A stretch of DNA of 28,911 bases from a virus (lineage: Duplodnaviria; Caudoviricetes): the IMG/VR virus record IMGVR_UViG_3300012232_000040, positions 1-28,911 of that record; one strand, given 5' to 3'. This document shows, one piece after another, positions 18,305-25,806 of this stretch; position 1 is the first letter of the stretch; every line of letters begins with the position of its first letter. The position numbers and the translations under genes were made by a program. A model generated the notes under the pieces. That model searched no databases. It was given only the letters and a program-made list of their open reading frames with translations, and was not told the origin of the DNA.

Positions 18305-18528
18305 TGGCTGCTAACCCAGGAATCCCGAAGCCCGGCGCGAAGTATGGCCCATGCCTGACCGAGTGCCATCACAAAGACTGCCAGCGCAGCCGCGAAGACG
18401 CCGAAGGCCATTGCCGCCTATGCGATACGCCCATCGGCTACAACACGCCGTTTTACAGCGACCCAGAGCCCCTCAGCGCCACGGCCATTGTCCACGCCTC
18501 ATGCTTGGAAAGGAGCCTCGAGTCATGA
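18304..18528 (+). CDS. Small Cys/His-rich (Zn-binding) protein
   Basis: AAGGAGG RBS; C-x3-CHH-x2-C, CxxC and HxxC motifs. Confidence 0.8.
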   Translation: MAANPGIPKPGAKYGPCLTECHHKDCQRSREDAEGHCRLCDTPIGYNTPFYSDPEPLSATAIVHASCLERSLES

Positions 18529-18719
18529 CGCGCATATCTCGCGGCCATAACATCTGCCAGCATTGCGGGCGACTGTCGGAACTCTACCAGTTGTTCCCGC
18601 TGTGCCGCGACTGCTCCGAGACCACCTGCCCCCAATGCACGACACCTGGCAGCCTGCATGAAACCGATGGCACGCACCCGGATTCTGTTCTTTGTCTTAC
18701 TTGCTCACAGGAGAACTGA
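18525..18719 (+). CDS. Small zinc-finger protein
   Basis: ATGA overlap; four CxxC motifs in 64 aa. Confidence 0.75.
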   Translation: MTRISRGHNICQHCGRLSELYQLFPLCRDCSETTCPQCTTPGSLHETDGTHPDSVLCLTCSQEN

Positions 18720-18721
18720 CC

Positions 18722-19051
18722 ATGACGACCACCGACACCGGATTCGACTTCGCCCAATGGCAGCGCGACAACGCCGCACGCCGCGCCGCCTTGACCTTCC
18801 GTCTCGAGACCTATCTCGCCGGCGATCAACACGCCGTGACGGAATCATGGGAGAGCGCCTCAGGGACGCACTCCGTGATCTGGTATCTCGGCAAAGGCGC
18901 CTTTATCGCGCCGTATGACACGGACCCGCGCTATCTGGCTGAACACCTCGCCTCGAGACACTTCGGATTTGGCTGGGATCTCGAGATCCACGGGCAGGCC
19001 TTCCGACTCGGGCGCCTTCAGGAGACCGTCGGGGAGCGTGGCGCATGGTAA
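18722..19051 (+). CDS. Hypothetical early protein
   Basis: AGGAG RBS; start MTTTDTG. Confidence 0.75.
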   Translation: MTTTDTGFDFAQWQRDNAARRAALTFRLETYLAGDQHAVTESWESASGTHSVIWYLGKGAFIAPYDTDPRYLAEHLASRHFGFGWDLEIHGQAFRLGRLQETVGERGAW

Positions 19052-19506
19052 CGGCCAATGCCCGCGCCCGCTCTGTGGCCGCCCTGGTCGAACGGCTCAA
19101 CGCGGCAGAGCAGGAACGCGACCGGCTTAAAACCCAGAATGACGCGTGGCGCCGAATCGACGCCTCTAACACGGCCGATCGCGCCGCCTTGCGAGCGAAG
19201 GTGAAACAACTCCGGGCTGCGCTTGCCGCCCTCGCGTCTATCTGCACCGCCTGTGAGGCCGCCACGGCCACGAAACACACCGAGCCGGACTCGCCACACG
19301 ATCCGCTCTGCCAGACGTGCTACAGCGCCCTCTGGGCCGTCTGTGGCACCTGTGGCGCGGAAGTCTTGCAGGATGAACTGGGCAGCCGTCAGACCTGCCC
19401 CGCGTCGATGGGCGGGCCGGCCGAATATGCCGACGCCTGCTCCCACTGTGCCCCGGAAGGCCCGGACGACGATGACCGCTCACTTGATGATTTGGAGGAC
19501 CGATGA
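19045..19506 (+). CDS. Coiled-coil plus zinc-finger protein
   Basis: Heptad-like N-terminal half; four CxxC motifs; acidic tail. Confidence 0.7.
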   Translation: MVTANARARSVAALVERLNAAEQERDRLKTQNDAWRRIDASNTADRAALRAKVKQLRAALAALASICTACEAATATKHTEPDSPHDPLCQTCYSALWAVCGTCGAEVLQDELGSRQTCPASMGGPAEYADACSHCAPEGPDDDDRSLDDLEDR

Positions 19507-20072
19507 GAATCACATCCGCACTCATGCTCGCCCTGCTCTACGCGGCGCCCGTCTCAGCGACGCCTATTACGGGCATCAGTTGGGACGGCACGCCCCCCGG
19601 CAACCTGTCCCAACTGACTGGCGTACTGGACTTCCAAATCGGCGGCGCCACGTTCAGCCCGGGCACCTACACCTTGACCGTCGATGGCGGCATTACCGCC
19701 TGGTGGGACCAGAATCGGATCGGATTCCGGCCTACCTTCGGGGAATACCTCATGTTCCCGGGCCTCGGGTCGATCATCTTCACGACCCCAACCCTATGGA
19801 CGTTGACGGCGAACACGCCCAGTATGACCGGCGCCCTGTCCACTGGTCCCCAGTGGGCCTTCTGGCAGATCGCGCCCAATCAGATCGGCTGGGGCTTCGA
19901 GGACATCCAGCTCCCCGGCGGCGATGCCGACTATCAGGATGCCTATGGGACGCTGACCAGGCGCGGAGGCACCATTGACCCACACACCATCCCGACCGTG
20001 CCTGAACCGTCCACCTGGACGCTACTGGGCCTGGGTCTGGTGGCGCTGGCCTGGCTCAGGAGACGCGCATGA
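19503..20072 (+). CDS. PEP-CTERM sorting-domain surface protein with a DUF4114-like motif
   Basis: Signal peptide MRITSALMLALLYAAPVSA; WGFEDIQLPGGDADYQD; C-terminal VPEPSTWTLLGLGLVALAWLRRRA. Confidence 0.92.
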   Translation: MRITSALMLALLYAAPVSATPITGISWDGTPPGNLSQLTGVLDFQIGGATFSPGTYTLTVDGGITAWWDQNRIGFRPTFGEYLMFPGLGSIIFTTPTLWTLTANTPSMTGALSTGPQWAFWQIAPNQIGWGFEDIQLPGGDADYQDAYGTLTRRGGTIDPHTIPTVPEPSTWTLLGLGLVALAWLRRRA

Positions 20073-20281
20073 GCGGTGCCGCCAGTGCCGCCCGCCTTCA
20101 GACCGAACGCCTCGCCTGCGGGCTCTCCCGGTCTCAGGCAGCCCGCCTGCTCGAGACCTCCTATCGGGTGTATCTCCGGTATGAAACCGGGGAACGCGCC
20201 ATCAGCCGGCAAGTCTGGAAGTTGTGGGAGCTCCAAACTGAGCGACGGTTAAAGACGACGACGAAGATTAACGGCAAGTAG
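20069..20281 (+). CDS. XRE-family helix-turn-helix regulator
   Basis: RLACGLSRSQAARLLETSYRVYLRYETGERAI. Confidence 0.85.
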   Translation: MSGAASAARLQTERLACGLSRSQAARLLETSYRVYLRYETGERAISRQVWKLWELQTERRLKTTTKINGK

Positions 20282-20299
20282 CACGACGCACGACACCCG

Positions 20300-20340
20300 C
20301 GGCCGGTGGCCAACAATCAGGCGCCGGCCGTTTTTCTTTT
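20300..20340 (+). terminator. Intrinsic terminator of the early operon
   Basis: CGGCCGGTG / CGCCGGCCG stem followed by TTTTTCTTTT. Confidence 0.8.
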
Positions 20341-20368
20341 GACAAGGGTTCCGCGCAGGGTGCAGAAT
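20339..20368 (+). promoter_or_regulatory. Putative sigma70 promoter into the non-coding block
   Basis: TTGACA-N18-CAGAAT. Confidence 0.5.
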
Positions 20369-20374
20369 AGCCCC

Positions 20375-20830
20375 GACAGAAAGAAAGCGCCCCGAAGGCT
20401 CGCAACCTCCGAGGCGCGGCAAGACCAGGTTGCTCTGGACTCGCGGGGACGAATCCCCCAGATTATACGTCAAGCAATCGCTTATTGCCATGCATGCACC
20501 GGACCTCGCAATTTGAGACCGCGGTGGCGACCACTCAGGGACGACCGGCGCCCATGGTAGCAACCCGATGCCCTTCCGAGGGCACCATGGCCCGACGACG
20601 ATAGGCACCCGCGACTTGTCCTCGCGCCGTGCGGTGACGATCCTCTGACCCGGCAGGGGACGCCACGACGACATCGCTATCGTTGGCTGAGACGCTGAAG
20701 ACCATCACGTATACGGACTACGTGAGTACGGCAAGACCCTGAGACGCTCTGCCAGAGAGAGCATCGGGCTCTGTCCGGTGTGTGCCTCTAGGCTCCTCGC
20801 AAGAAATCTTTCATCGGCCTGCATTTTCCT
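20375..20830. other. Structured non-coding region (candidate ncRNA or replication origin)
   Basis: No convincing ORF; several hairpins; internal minus-strand TATAAT at 20462-20467. Confidence 0.45.
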
Positions 20831-20831
20831 G

Positions 20832-20860
20832 TTGACAGTCAATACGCTTATTGCCATACT
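20832..20860 (+). promoter_or_regulatory. Sigma70-type middle-operon promoter with operator
   Basis: TTGACA-N17-CATACT; palindrome CAATA-CGCT-TATTG (20840-20853). Confidence 0.8.
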
Positions 20861-20867
20861 CCGCTGC

Positions 20868-21062
20868 ATGACGAAGGCATCGATTGACCCCGTGCAACAT
20901 TTGCGGGTGTTCGTAGAGAGCAACGGCACGCAGCGGGCGGCCGCAGAGGCGCTCGGCGTGACTTCGATGTTTGTCGGAGACATGTTGAAGCGCCGGCGTC
21001 CGATTCCTAAAGCTATTCTCAACAAGCTGGGCCTGAAACAAGTGGTGGTGGTGAACAAATGA
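20868..21062 (+). CDS. Cro-like HTH regulator (leaderless)
   Basis: TQRAAAEALGVTSMFVGDMLKRRRPIPKAILNKLGL; ATG 7 nt after the -10 box. Confidence 0.85.
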   Translation: MTKASIDPVQHLRVFVESNGTQRAAAEALGVTSMFVGDMLKRRRPIPKAILNKLGLKQVVVVNK

Positions 21063-21217
21063 CCCAATACGACGCCCTTGCGCAACTCGCCGTCATCTTC
21101 GCCGCGTTTGCCGTGCTCTATGCGATTCAGCGGTTCCTGATGCGGGACCACGAGCCGCCCCGTGAACCGAAGCCCATGCCGCAGGACGACATCGACCAGA
21201 TCGATAAGGCGTGGTGA
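21059..21217 (+). CDS. Small single-pass membrane protein (52 aa)
   Basis: Manual translation MTQYDALAQLAVIFAAFAVLYAIQRFLMRDHEPP...; ATGA overlap. Confidence 0.7.
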   Translation: MTQYDALAQLAVIFAAFAVLYAIQRFLMRDHEPPREPKPMPQDDIDQIDKAW

Positions 21218-21222
21218 CGGCG

Positions 21223-21471
21223 ATGAACCTCTGGATCGACATCACCGCGAACGACACCGTGACCCTACACCGGCCGAACACGCGCGGCAAAGGCTACCAG
21301 GACGCCCGTATCGTGCTGACCGAGGCTGAAGCCGTGCGCCTGTCCGATTACTTAAATATGTGGCTCGGTCGTCGCTATGACGAGCTCCACACAGGCGATT
21401 TGCTTCGTCCTAAACCAGCACAGTGGGACGCCTACACACAGCGTGCGGCGTCCGAGCCGGTGACGAAATGA
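21223..21471 (+). CDS. Hypothetical protein
   Basis: Fills the operon; start could be 21214 or 21223. Confidence 0.7.
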   Translation: MNLWIDITANDTVTLHRPNTRGKGYQDARIVLTEAEAVRLSDYLNMWLGRRYDELHTGDLLRPKPAQWDAYTQRAASEPVTK

Positions 21472-21644
21472 ACTGCCCCATCTGTAAGCGCCCGCTCGCG
21501 TCGAACGGCAAGTGCTATCCGTGCAACGTGAACAACATGGACGTGTTCGCCAAGCACCTGGAGCAGAAGGCCGCCGCCGAGGCCGCTGAGAAGATTCTCG
21601 CCGCGCAGGACCGCATCATGCTGAAGGAAGGCTGGAAGCGATGA
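21468..21644 (+). CDS. Small zinc-ribbon protein
   Basis: MNCPICK...KCYPC; ATGA overlap. Confidence 0.7.
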   Translation: MNCPICKRPLASNGKCYPCNVNNMDVFAKHLEQKAAAEAAEKILAAQDRIMLKEGWKR

Positions 21645-21713
21645 TCGAGCGGTTCTTGGCGTCGCATCCGAGCGCGTGGGCCGGGTTACCCCACGACGTG
21701 CATTCTCAGCGGC

Positions 21714-21887
21714 ATGGACGTGGATAATATGCGCCAGAGGGAAGCGCGGCTCAGGCGTGGCGGCTATGACGGGCCACGAATGGATATGGCTGACCATCGC
21801 CGCGCAGAGGCGTGGATCGCGTCAGAGCGGCTGAGGAAGCGTGCGAGATATACGGCGGATGTCAACGCCGTGATGAGTTGGATCTAA
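21714..21887 (+). CDS. Hypothetical Arg-rich protein (57 aa)
   Basis: Manual translation MDVDNMRQREARLRRGG...VMSWI; start uncertain. Confidence 0.4.
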   Translation: MDVDNMRQREARLRRGGYDGPRMDMADHRRAEAWIASERLRKRARYTADVNAVMSWI

Positions 21888-21972
21888 GGCGCGGTGGCTG
21901 CCGCCGCATGGAGCGGCTCTCGGTTCTGTGAGGGACACAGACTGCCCCGAGATAGGCGCCCACCGTGCCCCA
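21888..21972 (+). ncRNA. Candidate multi-stem structured RNA
   Basis: Closing stem GGCGCGGTGG/CCACCGTGCC, internal stems, ends in CCA; no T-arm. Confidence 0.35.
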
Positions 21973-21975
21973 CGT

Positions 21976-22008
21976 AAAAAGGCTCGCCCCCGACCAAGAG
22001 AGCGAGCC
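21976..22008 (-). terminator. Putative antisense-oriented intrinsic terminator
   Basis: GGCTCGC/GCGAGCC stem preceded on the plus strand by AAAAA. Confidence 0.45.
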
Positions 22009-22025
22009 AATAGGAGACTTCGACA

Positions 22026-22532
22026 ATGAACGACCCCAAGATAGCACAGCATGAGTTTATCGTCACAGCCGGGAACCACGCGCCGTCTGTAACGACCGCA
22101 GCCGGTGGACCTGGAGGCGCTGTGAATCTCACCGCTAAAGCCATGAACCCCGAAGCCGCCGGCATCATCCTAGAGCTGGTGCAGCAGGTCATCGCGACGC
22201 TGCTCTACTTCGCCCGTGCCGCCCACGACAAGAACCCCACAGCGCCCGCCCAGGTGCCGTTCAATACGCTGCCGACCTCGTGGCAGGCGGACTTCACGAA
22301 CGTGGCCCAGATGGCCGTGAATGGGCTGCAAGCCGAGAAGCGGCAGGCGGCAGAACGGGCCGCCCTGATTCATGCCGAACGGTGGCTGAAAGCGCATTTC
22401 GCCTCGACGAAAGATCACACAACATGGGGCGATCGCGTGGAACGGACGATTGCCGACCTGACTAACCCAACAACCGCGAACATCGTCACCGAAGTGCTCG
22501 CCGCGTATCAGGAGGCGTTGTGCCAGAAGTAA
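22026..22532 (+). CDS. Hypothetical protein
   Basis: AGGAG RBS, 168 aa. Confidence 0.8.
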   Translation: MNDPKIAQHEFIVTAGNHAPSVTTAAGGPGGAVNLTAKAMNPEAAGIILELVQQVIATLLYFARAAHDKNPTAPAQVPFNTLPTSWQADFTNVAQMAVNGLQAEKRQAAERAALIHAERWLKAHFASTKDHTTWGDRVERTIADLTNPTTANIVTEVLAAYQEALCQK

Positions 22533-22711
22533 CCGATTTCCAACTGTTCGCCGCGATGGCCCGCTACGGTGGCTCGTTTGCCAAGGCGATTGCCGAAGCC
22601 GCGACCCGTGCCGACGCGAACAACATGACCCGGCTGAAACACGCCTTTCCCGAACTCATCGACGAATACCGGGATATGGCCGCGCTGATCGCCCTGAAGG
22701 AGAAGCGATGA
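22520..22711 (+). CDS. Small conserved-looking phage protein
   Basis: GGAGG RBS; YGGSF.KA.AEA..RAD..N..RLK.AFP pattern. Confidence 0.75.
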   Translation: MPEVTDFQLFAAMARYGGSFAKAIAEAATRADANNMTRLKHAFPELIDEYRDMAALIALKEKR

Positions 22712-22950
22712 CCACCCACGTCTCGACCGCCCCACGCCACACGCACCAGTGCTCGGAGTGTGGCCGCCCGTTCTACCTGTGCAGTGAACGCGACTGCGAG
22801 ATGGCACCCGACACCTGCCGCGCCTGTGAGATGGACCGGCAGGATGACTACATGGACCGGCTCGAATCCGGCGCCGTCGCCTTGTCGAGCACTGCCTTCT
22901 ACAAGCGCCTCAACAGCTACGACTACGACAACATCAAGAAGGAGTCCTAA
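22708..22950 (+). CDS. Zinc-finger protein
   Basis: CSEC, C-x4-C and CRAC motifs; AAGGAG RBS. Confidence 0.75.
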   Translation: MTTHVSTAPRHTHQCSECGRPFYLCSERDCEMAPDTCRACEMDRQDDYMDRLESGAVALSSTAFYKRLNSYDYDNIKKES

Positions 22951-22952
22951 CC

Positions 22953-23480
22953 GTGCCCATCATCGCCAAAGGATCGAACAGCAAGCCCTACGAGCCCGCC
23001 CCGTCCGGCGCCCAGGTCGCCGTCTGCGTGGACGTGGTGGACATCGGCCTCGTGGAGAACGTCAAATTTCCCAACGCCGACGGCACCGCCAAGTGGCAGC
23101 ACAAGATCGATATCGTCTGGGAATCCTCCGAGACGATGAGCGACGGCCGGCCGTTCCTCATCAACAAACGCTACACGCTCAGCCTAAACGAGAAGGCCAC
23201 GCTGCGGCATGACCTCGCCTCGTGGCGGGGGCGGGACTTCACGGAAGCCGAACTCGAAGCGTTCGACATCGAGAACCTCTTGGGCGTGAATGCCATCTTG
23301 AACGTGGTTCACAAGACGGGCAGCAAGGGTGGCACCTATGCGAACGTGGCCGCCGTGATGCCCATGATGAAGGGCACGCCCAAGATTGTGCCGACTGGCG
23401 ATTACATCCGGGTGTGTAAGCGCGTGCCCGAACAGAACCCGACCGCCGAGGCGCCGTCCGAAGACGACATCCCGTTCTAA
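22953..23480 (+). CDS. ssDNA-binding / replication protein (NGO0469-like family)
   Basis: AVCVDVVDIG...YTLSLNEKATLRHDLASWRG; SSB-type acidic tail EDDIPF. Confidence 0.8.
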   Translation: MPIIAKGSNSKPYEPAPSGAQVAVCVDVVDIGLVENVKFPNADGTAKWQHKIDIVWESSETMSDGRPFLINKRYTLSLNEKATLRHDLASWRGRDFTEAELEAFDIENLLGVNAILNVVHKTGSKGGTYANVAAVMPMMKGTPKIVPTGDYIRVCKRVPEQNPTAEAPSEDDIPF

Positions 23481-23517
23481 AGGATTTCTAAAGCATTTTC
23501 TAAAGGATTCTAAAGGA
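23475..23517 (+). repeat. Four tandem copies of TTCTAAAG(G/C)A
   Basis: Copies start at 23475, 23486, 23498 and 23508. Confidence 0.9.
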
Positions 23518-23527
23518 GACCCGACCA

Positions 23528-24199
23528 ATGAGCCGCTTAATCCTCGACATCGCGACATGCCCCCTCGACGGCGCCGCTGACTGGCTGCCGGCCGTCAGGG
23601 CCGCCCGCAACCTGAAAGACCCGGCGAAGATTGCCGCCGACATCGCGGAACGCACCGCTGCCCAACAGGACGGTATGGGCCTTGACTTCGACCTCTGCCG
23701 CATCAGCGCGATTGGGATGTGGGAGCCGGACCTTGAGATTGGGCCGTCTGTCGTCGCCGCGCTGACTGAGGACGAGGAATACGACATCCTCAAAGACGCC
23801 CGTAAGGAACTCAAGGACGCCGAGACCATCACCTACAACGGACTCGCGTTCGACCTGCCGCTCATCGAACGCCGCCTGCTCTACCTCGGGCTCGAGCCGC
23901 TCAAGTGGAACCTGGACCGTTTCCGCACGCCCCACATCGACCTATTTCAGAAGCTCTCAGGCGGCGACAAGACCCGCTACCGCAGCCTCGAGTTCTACGC
24001 CAAGCGATTGGGTTGGAGTGACTTGGTGAAGCCGCTCTCAGGCGCACAGGAGGCCACGGCGCTCAAGGACGGGAAGATTGAGGAACTCCGCGCCTCCGTG
24101 GCGCATGACGTGATTGCCACTTACAGGCTGGCTCAGTGGATGCGCGTGATTGCGCCGTCGCCCTTCAGGACCGCGTCGTCAGAGGAGGTGGACCTGTGA
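23528..24199 (+). CDS. PolB-type 3'-5' exonuclease-like protein with degenerate active site
   Basis: LILDIAT (ExoI), TYNGLAFDLP (ExoII), HIDL, SVAHDV (ExoIII). Confidence 0.8.
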   Translation: MSRLILDIATCPLDGAADWLPAVRAARNLKDPAKIAADIAERTAAQQDGMGLDFDLCRISAIGMWEPDLEIGPSVVAALTEDEEYDILKDARKELKDAETITYNGLAFDLPLIERRLLYLGLEPLKWNLDRFRTPHIDLFQKLSGGDKTRYRSLEFYAKRLGWSDLVKPLSGAQEATALKDGKIEELRASVAHDVIATYRLAQWMRVIAPSPFRTASSEEVDL

Positions 24200-24354
24200 T
24201 GCCCGACACCGTGACCGCCGCCGAGCGGATGGGCCATCGGGACCAGCGCCGCCGCCATCGTCAGGTGCTCGCCGCCTGTGCCCTGCTGTTCTTCGTGGGC
24301 GCCGTGAGCCTCGCCGTCATCGGCCTCTGCGTCTATGCGATGGTGGCGCCATGA
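24199..24354 (+). CDS. Small membrane protein
   Basis: GGAGG RBS; basic stretch followed by a hydrophobic helix. Confidence 0.7.
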   Translation: MPDTVTAAERMGHRDQRRRHRQVLAACALLFFVGAVSLAVIGLCVYAMVAP

Positions 24355-24605
24355 GCACGCCCGTGACGTTGGTAGCTCGCCATCAGCACGATCTGGATGC
24401 TGGTGACGCGATGACGCGGTGGCCTCGTGAATTGAACGATGCGATGGACAACGTGACCGCCATGCGTCTGGGCGAGATTGCCAGAGAATGCGGCGGCGCT
24501 CGGCCTGATGTGGGCGACTCTATCGACCGTGGACTTATTCTCGCAAGACGGCTGCGCGAGGAAGGATTCTGGCTCGGCCTAAAGCCCAATGAGAGGGAGT
24601 CATGA
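24351..24605 (+). CDS. Hypothetical protein
   Basis: ATGA overlap; alternative start at 24411. Confidence 0.6.
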   Translation: MSTPVTLVARHQHDLDAGDAMTRWPRELNDAMDNVTAMRLGEIARECGGARPDVGDSIDRGLILARRLREEGFWLGLKPNERES

Positions 24606-24754
24606 GTTGGCTGAAACGGCTCCTGTGCCCCCATTTCAGCTACCTCCGCGAACGCGACGCCTCGGGCCGGTTGTGGCTGGTGTGCGAAACCTGCCACCGG
24701 CGCGTGGTGGCCCTCACGCGGCCGTCCGATTATCCGCACGAGGTGACAAAATGA
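24602..24754 (+). CDS. Small CxH...CxxC zinc-binding protein (50 aa)
   Basis: Manual translation MSWLKRLLCPHFSYLRERDASGRLWLVCETCHRR...; ATGA overlaps at both ends. Confidence 0.7.
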   Translation: MSWLKRLLCPHFSYLRERDASGRLWLVCETCHRRVVALTRPSDYPHEVTK

Positions 24755-24975
24755 CGCCAGAACGCGAGGCGCTAGAGAAAGCAAAGAAGGAGCACTATTG
24801 GGCCGTGAGTGAATATTTCATAGCCCGAGAGCGGATGCGCGAGAAGGAGCAGGAACTCAGATCAGCCACGGACCATGAAGCCCTCATGAGAACCATCGTG
24901 GCCGAGTATCTCGACAAAGTTTCGGCTGCGTGTCTGGCGTATGTCGAGTCTGAGAAAACAAAGGAATCGTTATGA
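24751..24975 (+). CDS. Hypothetical coiled-coil protein
   Basis: GAGG RBS; start MTPERE. Confidence 0.7.
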   Translation: MTPEREALEKAKKEHYWAVSEYFIARERMREKEQELRSATDHEALMRTIVAEYLDKVSAACLAYVESEKTKESL

Positions 24976-25382
24976 AAAGATCGGCCTTGTTTTCCGTGTT
25001 CATACAGTGTCCTGAAATCAGCGACGTGCCGGGATTAACATTTATCAGACAATACGAACCCCTGCTGCCCTTTACTGAGCCCCAGGATGCCCTGCCGCCG
25101 TTCATCTCCGGGGCCACCCCAGAGACCCGCGCCACGTCCACCGAGGCCGCTGAGAGCGTCTCAGAGACCAAGGACACCCAACGGCAACGGGTGTATGAGG
25201 CCATCAGGGACAGCGGGCGGAACGGTATGACCGATGACCAGATGCAGGAGGACTTAGGGATCGAGGGCAATTCCCAGCGCCCTCGCCGCCGAGAACTCCA
25301 AGCCCTCGGAAGGATTCAGATGTCCACCTTGCGCCGGGAGACCCGCTCAGGCCGCACCGCGGTCGTGTGGGTGGTGGCGTGA
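24972..25382 (+). CDS. Winged-helix DNA-binding protein
   Basis: TS.EAA...RVYEAIR...GMTDDQM...LG...RPRRREL...TRSGRTAVVW. Confidence 0.75.
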   Translation: MKRSALFSVFIQCPEISDVPGLTFIRQYEPLLPFTEPQDALPPFISGATPETRATSTEAAESVSETKDTQRQRVYEAIRDSGRNGMTDDQMQEDLGIEGNSQRPRRRELQALGRIQMSTLRRETRSGRTAVVWVVA

Positions 25383-25579
25383 TGCCCAAAGCCCATCGCA
25401 CCAGTCAATTCAACGTCGCCCTGTTCGCCAACCCCAAGACGCCGCCACAGGCGGATACGTGGTGGGCGAGGCCTGAGATACAGGAGTCACGGGCGCAGTT
25501 CTACGAGAAGATTCGGGAACGCGCCGCCACCGTGTTCGCCCCGTCCTCCGTGCCCATTCATCAGGGGAAGATGCGATGA
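25382..25579 (+). CDS. Hypothetical protein
   Basis: TGATG overlap. Confidence 0.65.
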   Translation: MPKAHRTSQFNVALFANPKTPPQADTWWARPEIQESRAQFYEKIRERAATVFAPSSVPIHQGKMR

Positions 25580-25806
25580 CCGAACCGCTTATCGTCTGGG
25601 TCGTCACGCAAGGCTGTTATAGCTCACAGGGCGTCACTGGCGTCTACGCTTCTGCTGAAGCCGCGATGGCCGACCAAGCGACCACTGGCCGAGACTGCAA
25701 CGGGAAACAGGCAGCCGTGAAATGGAGTTTCGAGCACGGCGCTTGGGATAACAACTTTGACTGGGACGATGCCATCAGTATCCAGCCGTATCCGGTGAAG
25801 CCATGA
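25576..25806 (+). CDS. Hypothetical phage protein
   Basis: VWVVTQGCYS...GVYASAEAA pattern; ATGA overlap. Confidence 0.7.
   Translation: MTEPLIVWVVTQGCYSSQGVTGVYASAEAAMADQATTGRDCNGKQAAVKWSFEHGAWDNNFDWDDAISIQPYPVKP

Noticed and set aside
21641-21727. 28-codon ORF possibly frameshifting into 21714-21887
   Set aside because: No clear slippery site or homology evidence.
21888-21972. tRNA-His (GTG, C-CCA end)
   Set aside because: No T-arm and no pairable anticodon stem; kept only as a structured RNA candidate.
22065-22140. TAGN...AAGGPGGAVNLTA resembling the fibre's Gly-rich repeats
   Set aside because: Short, low-complexity match that cannot be distinguished from chance.
23475-23517. Mini CRISPR array
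   Set aside because: Units are 10 bp with 0-2 nt spacers.
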